A stretch of DNA of 64,000 nt from Ostrea edulis (lineage: Eukaryota), in NCBI RefSeq assembly GCF_947568905.1, contig NC_079172.1, positions 53,878,001 through 53,942,000 on the forward strand. Direction: 5' to 3'. The position numbers and the translations under genes were made by a program. Shown here piece by piece: positions 47,177 through 58,700 of this stretch (position 1 is its first letter; the number at the start of each line of letters is the position of its first letter). A model generated the notes under the pieces. The model made no database searches. It was given only the letters and a program-made list of their open reading frames with translations, and was not told the DNA's origin.

Positions 47177-49564
47177 TCAAGATATATTTATCTCGTATTC
47201 ATGAAGTGTACGCTCCCAGCTTGTGATCTTAAATGTATGGTGATAAAAGGTTTTTTCTTTCAAGTTTTACATCTATTGTTTTAGATCCTAAATTGAATTA
47301 ATTTTGTTTGATTGAAGTTCCGAATGTTTCTTAAGTTTCCAGGTTTAAATAAGTAATAGTCTTCATCGTTACCCGCAAGTTTTTCATAATGGTGATCAAC
47401 ACCACAGGGCACGAATGACTGGAGGTTGTTAAACGCTATTGGAAGTAATGTTTCTGAACGCATCATAAATGTCTAGGTGACCTCTGATACCAGGCGCTCC
47501 GTCAAAACTATTTAATTAAGGCCTATTCCTGCAGTTGCTGAATTATATGTATGTACTCTTAGTTGTTTATTTGTCATCTCGGATCAGTGGTACTCTGACC
47601 TGTGTTGAAAAAAAAATTCATGACCATGCAATAAGACTTCGCAAATATTTTCCACTGGGTCTGAATTATATGTTTTGCTTTTATTCATTTTTAACTAATT
47701 CATATAAAGTTATGAGAAGGCAATTGAAAATTAACAACTCAATACAATTCTGTTCGAAAGAATACACTATTGTTTTAGGGGTAACTAGGCACTACGGATG
47801 TTATAGTAACCCATTTATTAAGGTCTCTTGAAAATAATATATGCATTTCAGATAGAGTAAAAAGATAACTCATCTTATATATAAGACTTCATTTTATATT
47901 TAATGTGACATTCTCCTCTCAGCTTAACATAAACAAAAGTTGCTACAATGTATTTGGTGTTCATATTATTTACCCCAAACACAAATGTTCCTTTTGCCCA
48001 GTGAGTGTTCTGTTGTCACTTATGTTAGTAGTTACGTTAGTAGTAACACGTCTTAAAAGTATCTAATGACTTTCAGGGCGACTATACATCCGAGGTCGTT
48101 ATATGTACACCATCACCCTTGTCAACTATTCTAAAAAAAGGCCCCGGGGTCATAAAGCTTAGACGAACCCACCTTTAATCTAATTTTCACTTTAATAAAC
48201 GGAACATATAGTGAATGATGAGACTTAGATCAAAAGTGAGCTCATTTAAACTTTACTGCGCCGTAGTCTTATTAAGGATAGTCGACACGGGTGTTTTAGA
48301 TGCTATAGCTGGTATGTTCTAAGATGAATACACATCTTTTACCTCATATGAAATATTATACTTTTTATCATATATAATTGATATGTTCACATAGAATGAG
48401 AGCGCAGTTGTTTGTGTAATTACTTGGATTTGCAGCTCAAACTATTCACCTCTAAATGTCAAAAGCTCCCAGTATCTTCTTTCCAGTGAAATATATTTTA
48501 TAGTAAAATATTTTGTGTTTATTATATATCATCAAGCAGGCGCGTAGTTGCCTATACGCAAGTCCGCAACTGCGTACACATCATTTGCGAGAGAGAGAAA
48601 GAGAGAGAGAGAGAGAAAAAAAAATCTTTGCTGTTTAAATATTTGCGCCTCAAAAATAAATATTCCCGGTTTTTAATTCAATCAGTATGATAATGTACAT
48701 TCAATCAAATCTAAAATCCTTTTTGAATTTCAAATCATTAACATCATATCGAATATAACTTAAATGCACAAAATATACACATGCACGTGTAGTAGACGAA
48801 TGAGGATATATTTTGTGATTTCATTGGTAAAACAGATGCTTTAAAAGGACTGGTTCACGATTTTTGAACAAAATATTTTTTATTTTTGAAGTGAAACATT
48901 AAAAATATAACTCATTTAATGTTGTCAGACAATATTTTGACCTACTGAATGCAAGAATAAAAGCAATATTTTAGCCTTAAATCTGTGTTATAAAAACAAA
49001 GACTCGAGTCTTTTTATGTAAACAAACAAACCAGTGAAATATAAATTTTGTAGTATAAAGCATCTTAATTTTGCATAATCACAAATTTTAACTTTTAGAT
49101 GACACATTTTACCTGGAGAATGTTTGAAATGTAATAGATATAATAAACTTAGATCGATATCCATTTCTTCTGAAATTTTCGTAAACAATAACATACCGCA
49201 ATCTTTGTTTACAAAACAAATAATGAATTCTCTAAAATGAGCTTCTGTGATAATGTATAACCTTAATTTTTATGTGAAATTATTTGAACACATTAGACAG
49301 TAGACTTTGGTCATTAAAAGTGAAAAACAAAATTTTGGGAAAAATCGTGAGTCAGTCCCTTTAAAGGGCATCACCCCCAATAGGATTTTGTACTGGACCC
49401 ACTGGGACCTCAGGGTGGTCCCGGACCCCTTGCCATACTTTGCGTACACTTCATTTTCTTTCTGGCTACGCGCCTGTGACAAGGTGTCTGAACATGAGAA
49501 AACAGCAGGGATAATGCATGAATAAAGACCCTGAAGAATAAAACCGACTCCATATTATAACATC

Positions 49565-49567
<3 letters not shown>

Positions 49568-49607
<40 letters not shown>
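49568..49607. repeat. (TA)n microsatellite (others at about 4843, 14830, 15065, 15172; (GA)n at about 48590)
   Basis: Read directly from the sequence. Confidence 0.95.
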
Positions 49608-49611
<4 letters not shown>

Positions 49612-49724
49612 CACAAACAAACAATTATAACACCCAACCTTACGTTTACCCCTAGGATCTAAACGATACATGTGATAATCAATTAATTAATATATAAAGC
49701 ACTAGATAATCACAACTAGGTACT

Positions 49725-49810
49725 GAAAATTCTTTCGCCCCAGCCCGGGCTCGAACCAGCGACGTACGGCACCCACCGCCTAGCAAGATTGTCAAACCAG
49801 TGCGTACGCA
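49725..49810 (-). mobile_element. tRNA-like head fragment (probable SINE or repeat remnant)
   Basis: Minus strand ggttcgagcccgggctggggcg (B-box/T-arm). No full cloverleaf. Confidence 0.35.
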
Positions 49811-50130
49811 CTGGTTTATTATTAGAGACATCAAAACAAAGTGTGTACCATTTATACTTCCGTGTTTTGTAAACCAGAAGTGATAAAAGAATTAGATAGA
49901 TTACGTGAGGAGTTATTCTCTTTAGAGAAGTCGAGAGCATAGCCTTCATCGACTTCTCTTCGCAAGCATTCATGTTTTAATTCTGGAAAACGTGTAAATG
50001 CCGGAGTCGGTGACGGTTTATATTTCGCTCGACGTTTCGACTCAGACGTGCCTGGATTTACGCAATAGACAACTTGTTTTCAAACATTTAACAGTAATGC
50101 ACAAAACTGTCTCAAGAAAATCAAAACTTA

Positions 50131-50295
50131 CTAGCTTTTAATCCATTTTCAACATGCCCCTGTCCCGGGTTTAAATCACAACTCTGATTACGTCAGCCTG
50201 CTTTTCTCTTAACTGGTCCCCTATTGGGACAGCTCCTAAGACCAGTAACGTAAATCCGGGACAGGGGGACATGTTGAAAATGGATTAAAAGCAAG
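50131..50295. mobile_element. TA-flanked 165-bp MITE with about 45-bp TIRs
   Basis: ta|ctagcttttaatccattttcaacatgcccctgtcccgg ... ccgggacagggggacatgttgaaaatggattaaaagcaag|ta. Confidence 0.7.
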
Positions 50296-50299
50296 TAAG

Positions 50300-50499
50300 N
50301 NNNNNNNNNNNNNNNNNNNNNNNNNNNNNNNNNNNNNNNNNNNNNNNNNNNNNNNNNNNNNNNNNNNNNNNNNNNNNNNNNNNNNNNNNNNNNNNNNNNN
50401 NNNNNNNNNNNNNNNNNNNNNNNNNNNNNNNNNNNNNNNNNNNNNNNNNNNNNNNNNNNNNNNNNNNNNNNNNNNNNNNNNNNNNNNNNNNNNNNNNNN
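50300..50499. other. Assembly gap (200 N)
   Basis: Run of N. The true distance between genes A and B is therefore uncertain. Confidence 1.
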
Positions 50500-50838
50500 A
50501 TGGTATTTATGTCTCTCAACTGATTCGATACGCAAGGTTCTAAGTATGATCAGTTTTTAAATCGAGACAGGCTACTGACAAACAAGTTGATGTTACAGGT
50601 GTTTCAACAGTCTCGTTTAAATTCAGAATTTCGCAAATTCTCTGGTCATTATAACGATCTAGTTTGCCAATACACCATGTCATTGAGTCAAATGCTGTCT
50701 GACGTATTTTGAAACCGATTGTTAGGCCGTTCTTTACACGCTGATTTTGACTACGGGTTACTGTTCACCTGAACAAGGTATACATGTAGGGCTTACGGCG
50801 GGTGTGACTGGTTGACAGGGGATGCTTACTCCTCCTAA
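50500..50838 (+). mobile_element. Penelope-like RT C-terminus plus tail, starting at the assembly gap
   Basis: YGIYVSQLIRYA...LLTNKLMLQ.FQQSRL...FRKF, followed by the tail. Confidence 0.75.
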
Positions 50839-53495
50839 ACATTAACCTTGCTCATAACTTTTAATTGGGTTTAATATATCTTTCATGTATCTTTTCGTCG
50901 TGACAAAACCTTTCTTTTGGAACCAATGTTTTTGACCTTGTAACTTTGATCTTGGAGTTTGACCTACTGTAAGAAAAATCAACCTAGACAATATGTCCTG
51001 AGTTGTTTAAGGTAAAGCTTACATATTTTGTATATATATTCCTTATGATCATTGACCTTTTCACCTTGTATCATAGTAAAGTTTTAACCTTTATTTTGGG
51101 TTTAAAATTTTCATGGGAATAGAGATTTGTATTTTAAATTTTAAAAGATACAACAGCTGAACAACGACAGTGACTTCTAGTTGGTCATTGTAACCAAATA
51201 CGGTACATGATTATCAATTTACTTACATGTACAAATGTTTATATTTCATGCTGCTTCTCAAACATTAGGCAACTGAAATATGACAGGAACAGTTTCGGTC
51301 AACTTTTTTACCGTAAGTAAATTTTTTTTTTAAATATGAGAGGACAGAAATGTGTATAGAAATATATAAAGATAGAGACACAATAGACAGACAGAGATTA
51401 CAAATCTGGAGAAGAAACGGAAATGAAATCTGATGTTTCCTTTCTTATGTGTAACAGCAATGTGAAATATTCTGTTAAAAGTGTCTTCTTATATAGCTGA
51501 CAGAAATAGATATATTAATTGAAGAAACACATTGGTGGATATTTAAAGTTCATATCACATTTGCATACTTAGACTGATAATGTAAAACACATGAAAATTA
51601 CTTTCACGAACCTCCACATCAAAGAAATGACAATTATAACTTCTGTAAGAATGCAAATGATTATGAATTGATAGTAAGTATACATTAGTAGACATGGTTT
51701 CCGATATTCTGATGTTTTATTTTAGATAAATAGATCTAGTACTTACGTTACTTGCATGGTTTTTTTCCAGGTTTTACTCATTTTCATTGCTAGAATACTA
51801 AATGATTTATTGAAATTTTTTGCATTAGCATAAGGACAATTACGTTGGGACTTTTAAAAATGTTGGATTAAACTCTTTCGAATTCTTGTTACTATCTTTA
51901 TAATAGCTATAATATATTCACGTACAATGTGTAATACCATTGCACACATCACAGATGCTATATGCTATTTTATAAGTATATTCCTCTCTGAAAGGTATGT
52001 GAAGTCACTTATTCAAAAGAGACACACCTTGATGAATTTTAATTCGGATAATGTGTGGTCTAAACAACACCATCTTTATGATATTTATATCAGTCATATT
52101 TTTACTTGGCCGTGACGACAATAGCATCATCATTATCTAGTTCCTTTAGAATTCATAGTTCGTAATAGTAGTTTCCTTATTTATATCCTATGGCCGCGCC
52201 AAATGCCGGAGAAATCAAGGGAGACATTTTCCCCACCTATGTGAATTCTCCAGGTCATACACTAATGTACATTCAAATCTATTCTACAGACGTTTTCCAG
52301 ATTCATTGACAGATGTTACATAGAAACGGAAAATATATACAAAAAAAAGACATCTGTACACTAAAGTTGTCATTAGAGAAGTACAATTCCCGGTAAGATA
52401 GTTCCTTTTATAAAAACAAAAAACAAAACCAACAATGAAAATCGGAATACACCAGAATTTTGCTGAAGGTACATACAATTTGAGAAGCAGTGGGAAATCA
52501 ATTATATTTATGTTGTTTCGAATTTTGTTTGATATAGCATGGTTTCATTTTGTGTCATGATAGAGAGACTTTGTGAAATTAGAAAAGTTATGCACTATAC
52601 AGAATTCGAAATCACTGAAAAAGTTAATACCGGCCATATTTGAGAGGACTTGTAGATGTGTCAACAGCTGATACAGGTGGGAAACATTTACCTTCCTAGA
52701 TTGTACTACACTACTGTAGATCTATTCAATTATTTTTTGATACATGTGACCTAGTTTCCAAGGATCTGGAAAAGTTCTAGTTTCAGGACGGTGTTTAGGA
52801 GAGTTCAGTAGAGAAGTGGTGTAAAAAGTTAGCCTATTTATACCTTCTAGAGAGAGAATTGTGATTATGAATAGTTTGTAAATTTATGAACTTTGATTAC
52901 TGTAAGTTATAACATGGTGTTTTATCATTGATATATTTTACCTGTAAATGATAAATCAAGGAATTGTATTATTGATTTTCGCTGGACACGAGACTTGTCC
53001 AGGATGAAGATCTATTGCATTTAGTTTATCATATTTACTGAATCAGCACTCTCCATAATTACATTGAATATTACATTACTGGGGACTTGACTTATTGGGC
53101 GATTTCGACAGCGCGATAAGCAGCCGTATTCTTCTGTGCGAATTCAGGTCGGTAGTGAACAAACAATAGACACTGCTTTGTGAACTTCGAATAGTGATTT
53201 TTTTTTCATTGATATATTTTACTGTATGTAATTGCAAATGGATTGTTAAATGTGAGAATTGTAACATTGATGTTTGCTAGATTTAGGGTTGTCCTGACCC
53301 ATAACAACCCCTGTTATTGACTTTTTCGAAGTAATTTCGATATGAATACATAACAAGTTACTGAATTTGGTAAATACATCTTAGTATGAATTTTTGTTGT
53401 TTTGTGATGCATGAACATGTGATTAAAACTTGTTTGACAATATAATGGGACAACGCGAAATAATTGAAACAGACACAGCACCTTCAGTCAACAAT

Positions 53496-53501
53496 TTTAT
53501 T
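53496..53501 (-). terminator. Candidate poly(A) signal of gene B
   Basis: AATAAA on the minus strand about 160 nt after the stop. Confidence 0.3.
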
Positions 53502-53661
53502 ATTCCCGGGGGAATAAGATTAACAACATGAACAAATGTGTATATAAATAATAAATGCATATACATTGTACCATTTTGGTCAAAACTTTACAAATATGAC
53601 AATAGGACAACGCAATGTGAGTAATGATAATAATTATAATATCCGTGTGTGCAATGATTCA

Positions 53662-55790
53662 TCACGTGACGGATTGATCCTTGCAAGAGTTACTGTCCGT
53701 AGGATACATACAACTGTTGACAGATGGCACCCAAATCAGTCCGGGTGAACACATTTGAATTTTTTCATGGCCGGATTCACACTGAATGTACAGCGAGCAG
53801 TTAAAAGGATGAGCAAAATACCCATTGCTTTTTTGTAAGCAAGGGAGAATATCCGGACATATTAAATCGTTCTTTGGGTATATACATGTTTGGGCATCCG
53901 GATCATACACAAGATTCATGGCACATGTCAGTTCCTGACCTCTGTTAAGACTTATGCACTGTATAAACTTCTTACAGTCGTCTGGGTGAGGATGGAGGGT
54001 ACCTGCTTTTGCTTGCAGACACGGTTCTCGTTCATATTCTACAAAGATAACAATTACCCATGAAACATCGAGAGAGTGATGAAAAAATATAATGATGAGC
54101 AAAAGATACAGCAAAAAATCGATAAAACGATGAAAAGAGATAATTATAAGCGAAAGATACAGCAAAACGTTTGAAAAAGTGATGAAAAGAGATAATCGTA
54201 AGCGAAAAATACAGCAAAACGTTGAAAAAATGATGAAAAGAGATAATTATAAGCGAACAATACAGCGAAACATCGAGAAAGTGATGACAAGAGATAATCA
54301 TGTATGAAAATACAGCAAAACATCGATAAAACGATGAAAAGAGATAATTATGCTTGAAAAATTCATCAAACATCGATAAAATGATAAAAAGAGATAATTA
54401 TAAGCGAAAGATACAGCGAAACATCGAGAAAGTGATGAAAAACAAAAATTATGAAATGAGATCATTATCAGTGAAAAATACAGCCAACACGGACCAGTGG
54501 ATATACCTGAGGTGGGATCAGGTGCCTAGGAGAAGTAAGCATCTAATTTCATAGAAAATCCATCGCAAAATCTTTTTTTCGCGGTTACTAGATTTTTCTA
54601 AAATACAGTTTCATTGATACGTAAACTCTATATTCTTCAATTAGGATGAAAACTTTAACATCGTTGATTACTTGATTTTGTGGCCTGGCATAATCACGAA
54701 AACAAACAAAAATCAAACAAAAAGTATTGAAACCACAGTACACCTTTTGTTTTTATCAATTAAGATGATTTTTATCTATGATAACTACTGTGTTCAAACT
54801 ACAAAAGGTTTATTGTCATAACTTAAATAATCAAGAAAGAATATTAGTTTATGTTTTTAAGCAATCTTCAGTTTAATGTGCTCATCTTTTGAATAAAAGC
54901 AGAATTCTATTCCAGAAACTTTTCGATGGTAGCTTGCCTCCGTCATCAGGTAAAGTGATCAACAGACCTTAGTCAGATTGCTTTAATTGTTCATTGCATT
55001 TTAAGATTTGTTGTTTATGATTTGTTGGGAACATCCTAATGTGATGATCAATATAGATCGTGATATTGATGTTTGAAGGTAATGGAGTGATGTCTTTTTA
55101 TGTCAAGATGAACATTGTTCTTAAAGCTGTTCAGAATTTTTTAAAGAAATTGCTTCTCATTGTGTAATGAATACATCTGTGGTGATGGTGACGTTTATAA
55201 CCGTATTTAAGACCTTAATTGATCAATGCCGCTTTTGGCATTTTACTGTACAATGCATTATTTGAAAATCAACGTTTTGCTCACGTCAAAGTAGATGTAT
55301 GTATTCCTTTATACGAAATTCTGTCCACAAATTCATTCTCTTTCTAAGCCTTAGAAATTCCTAATTCTATATTTTATCAAACATTCTAAAGTGTAGTTAA
55401 CAAACCTATGTAATATACAGCTTGAGATTCAGCTATATCATTTGATGGAGAAGGGAGACTTACTGGGTCTGCCCGGATACACGGACCTGGTTTGGTTGCT
55501 GGAGAACACACTCTCCGTGGTGGAGGAGGGAGTGGTCGTCGGCTTGGTGACGGGAATTTTCCTGGTCAAAGGTTCGTACCCCGTCGGCTTAGGGGGAGCT
55601 TCAGCAGGATCAGGGCACACCATCCCTGGTCTATCATGGACACAGTTATTTGAAGACACATCAAACACCAGTTCCCCCGTGCAAGTTTGTAGTATTGACT
55701 TTTTGTGTTCACATTGGAAATATTTATTACAGTCTGTTGGATGTCTGTAAAAGCTTCCATCTTGAAGTGAACAGGGATCCCATGCCAACA
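53662..55790 (-). CDS. Gene B three ChtBD2 domains in two exons
   Basis: 55790-55464: C-x13-C-x5-C-x9-C-x12-C-x8-C plus a Pro/Thr linker. 54038-53662: C-x14-C-x5-C-x10-C-x12-C-x8-C and C-x13-C-x5-C-x9-C-x12-C-x8-C, with HPxDC/HPxNC motifs. Confidence 0.9.
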
Positions 55791-58700
55791 CTATTAATGA
55801 AAAAGTACATATACCTCAATAACCCAAATATATCATCGACTAGTGTAAATAGATGATGAGCCATATCATAGTATTGTTTCAATGAGGCCATTTCTATTCG
55901 CAGCAGCGCCGTGCATCATACTGTTACCATGAAAGGTGGAGATAAATCCATACACAATACAAAATAGATAGTTGGGCAAACACGGACCCCTGGACACACA
56001 AGAGGTGGGATCAGGTGTCTAAGAGGAGTAAGCATCCCCTGTCGACCGGTCACACCCGCCGTGAGCCCTATATCGTGATCAGGTAAACCATACAATATCA
56101 TACTATCATTAAACAACCTTATGAACGTTTTCTTGACAATAACTTAATGAACAATACCTTTCCTAAAATGTTATAGCATGGTTTTTGAAACGCAGTGAAT
56201 TTGTTGATATCATGTTTGTAGCCCTTCCTGAGTCCAGGACACAAAAAGGGAGAGAGCAGAGAGTTCAGTTATTGGTATAGCCATGTTGTATGATATTTGG
56301 CAAATAGCACATGCGTACTATTTCATCGTCGTGTTCTATATTATCCATATTGACTCAATCAAACATTAACACATTTTTCGTACATAATATAAATATTTAG
56401 CACTATGACAATCAAAAACAATGTAAAAGTTCATGAAAGCGCAATACTGGACGTTAATGGTGTTTTAAAATGTAGATATAAATGCAATGTAAATCTGCAT
56501 TACATTTTAACCATATTGATCCATCATACAGACATGTACATATGTAGTTATACATTAGTGGTGAACGATAATTAGCTGCAAAGAACACCAATCTCATTTT
56601 CTTGTTAGATATTGTTGCTGGATAGTGCATGGTCCAATGGCTACTTACACATTTCCCTTGTAGCTTCCACAGACACCGTGCTTTTATTGACAGGTACTGT
56701 CGAGACTGATTTTGTTGTGGTAGGAGACGCGGTGCTGCTGGTAACTTCCAGTGTTGATGACGTTGTAGTGACGTCAGTCGTCGATGACGATTTAGTTGTG
56801 GTTGTGGTGGATTTTGTAGAGGAAAGCACTCTGGTGGTGGGTTTAACAGTAGTAGGTTTTGCTGTGGTGGGTTTTTCTTGAATTCTATTGAATCCAACAG
56901 GTGTTCTCTCTCGTTCAATCTTGATTTTCACTTTATCTAATTCGATTTCAAATCTATCGACCAGTGCGATGTGTGACGAGGTCTCATTCACTTTCGGAGC
57001 AGACGTCTCTATGACGGATATTATATCCCGCTTTGATGCGTCTTTTTCCACAAAAAATAATGTAAAATTTATGTGTTCATCCCTGAAACAGTCAAATAAA
57101 TCGTATAATATCTAGGTTTAATTTCTCACTTCATGTTGGTAGGATTCATTTTTATTCTCCATACAGATATATCCTCATAAATAATTTTGTTTAATAGATT
57201 TATTTTATAGAAATACTTTTGGGGTGTATATACCTCTTCTATGTATTGCATCACTTACTTGATGGACAGGACTTCACATCCACGGTAGGTCGACTCAAAC
57301 TGACTTTTCTTGTAAAACGTATCCATCTTTAACAACAGAATTAATAGAATTGTGATTATTACAAACAGGTATTGTACATTTATTCATTGTTTCATATTTG
57401 TTCATTTAATGTGAATGAAAAATGTACACATGTCCATGTATGAAAGACAATAGGTCCATTGTAGGAAGTACCTGGTCCGTCTTGGATGAAATGAATCAAT
57501 AATTAAGATATTGAGAATCGCCAGCACTTCGGAGATATTTTTAATTAGCTTTATTTCAAACATTCGGGCTTATCAAATCATATTAACATTTCCTGTATTT
57601 CACATTGTCATATATATAAATTATATTCTAAATCGAGGTCTTTATTAATTGAAGAACTCTGAAACGTACGTGATCATAAAGGTATGCTAATGCTTGAATT
57701 TCCTCATTATTATCAAATTATTGTTGTATAACGAACAGACATAATAATTCATTTAACAATTAAATGTGTATCATGTTCATTCATTGAAATACCTGCATAC
57801 GATAACACGTATTCTTTTAAAAACCACAGCCCTAAAGTATTTATCCAGTGGTCTCGGGCGAATTTGTCAGTATATGACAGGTTCGTTTAAATCCGGAATT
57901 TTGTTACTCTCTCTTGACAGTCGCATCACGAAGCCTGTGATGGGCCCGAGATCGGTGTGATGACACTGCGCCATAAATCAGCAGAGTCAATGACTTGATC
58001 AGGACCCGCCAGTTAAAACATTAACCGACCAACCAACAATTATATATATATAGTCGATTCTTCTAGGAAATATTTCCTTGTTTTCCATTTTTTGCATGTA
58101 AGTTTATCTGCTGTGAGGTTCCTAACGATAGGGGCCCCGCATGTATGTCTCCTGCACATGAAAGATCATTTCTGTCTAAATATCTGATGCAGTTAAATGC
58201 AACGATGCAATGCTAACAGAAATTCCTTCCACAACCATTTTCAGCCAAATGTTGCATTATGATAAGCAACGGTTGCAATGTAGTAGGCTGGATAACATTT
58301 TTGCAAGTACGAGACATCTGGACATAAAATGTCGACTAGTTGTCTTGTATATATGTTTTATTTATGAATCTCGCATAAAAAGCCTTTATCTTATCGGTGT
58401 TCATGCAGGAAGTTCGCTTTTTAGGGTGTATATACTGACAAATGCAATCTCTGTGACATATGGCAGATTGACATAGCCACGATATTTTCATTAGCATAGG
58501 AGGCAAATTTCTTACTAAGTGTCCTTAGTGCACACTACATTCTCTATTGTGAAAATTCATACATGCGTTATTCTAAACATAGACTTTTCACTTTTTCGAC
58601 ATAATATTAACAAGGAACATGTGGTGAGTAACATTTGTTCTTCAATTTATCATGTTAACTATTAATAAAAACAATAGTGATAAAATAATATAATGAAACA

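Noticed and set aside
50025-50055. gtcgaaacgtc motif resembling the 3' half of a hammerhead
   Set aside because: No CUGANGA box upstream.
53662-54460. Hydrophobic N-terminal extensions of ORFs 53662-54165 and 54032-54373
   Set aside because: They are translations of the intronic 51-bp repeat upstream of the real acceptor at 54038.
54905-54955. Minus-strand CTGATGA...CGAAA hammerhead-like core
   Set aside because: Helix II closes with a C.C mismatch, and no helix I or palindromic helix III fits. At most a decayed remnant.
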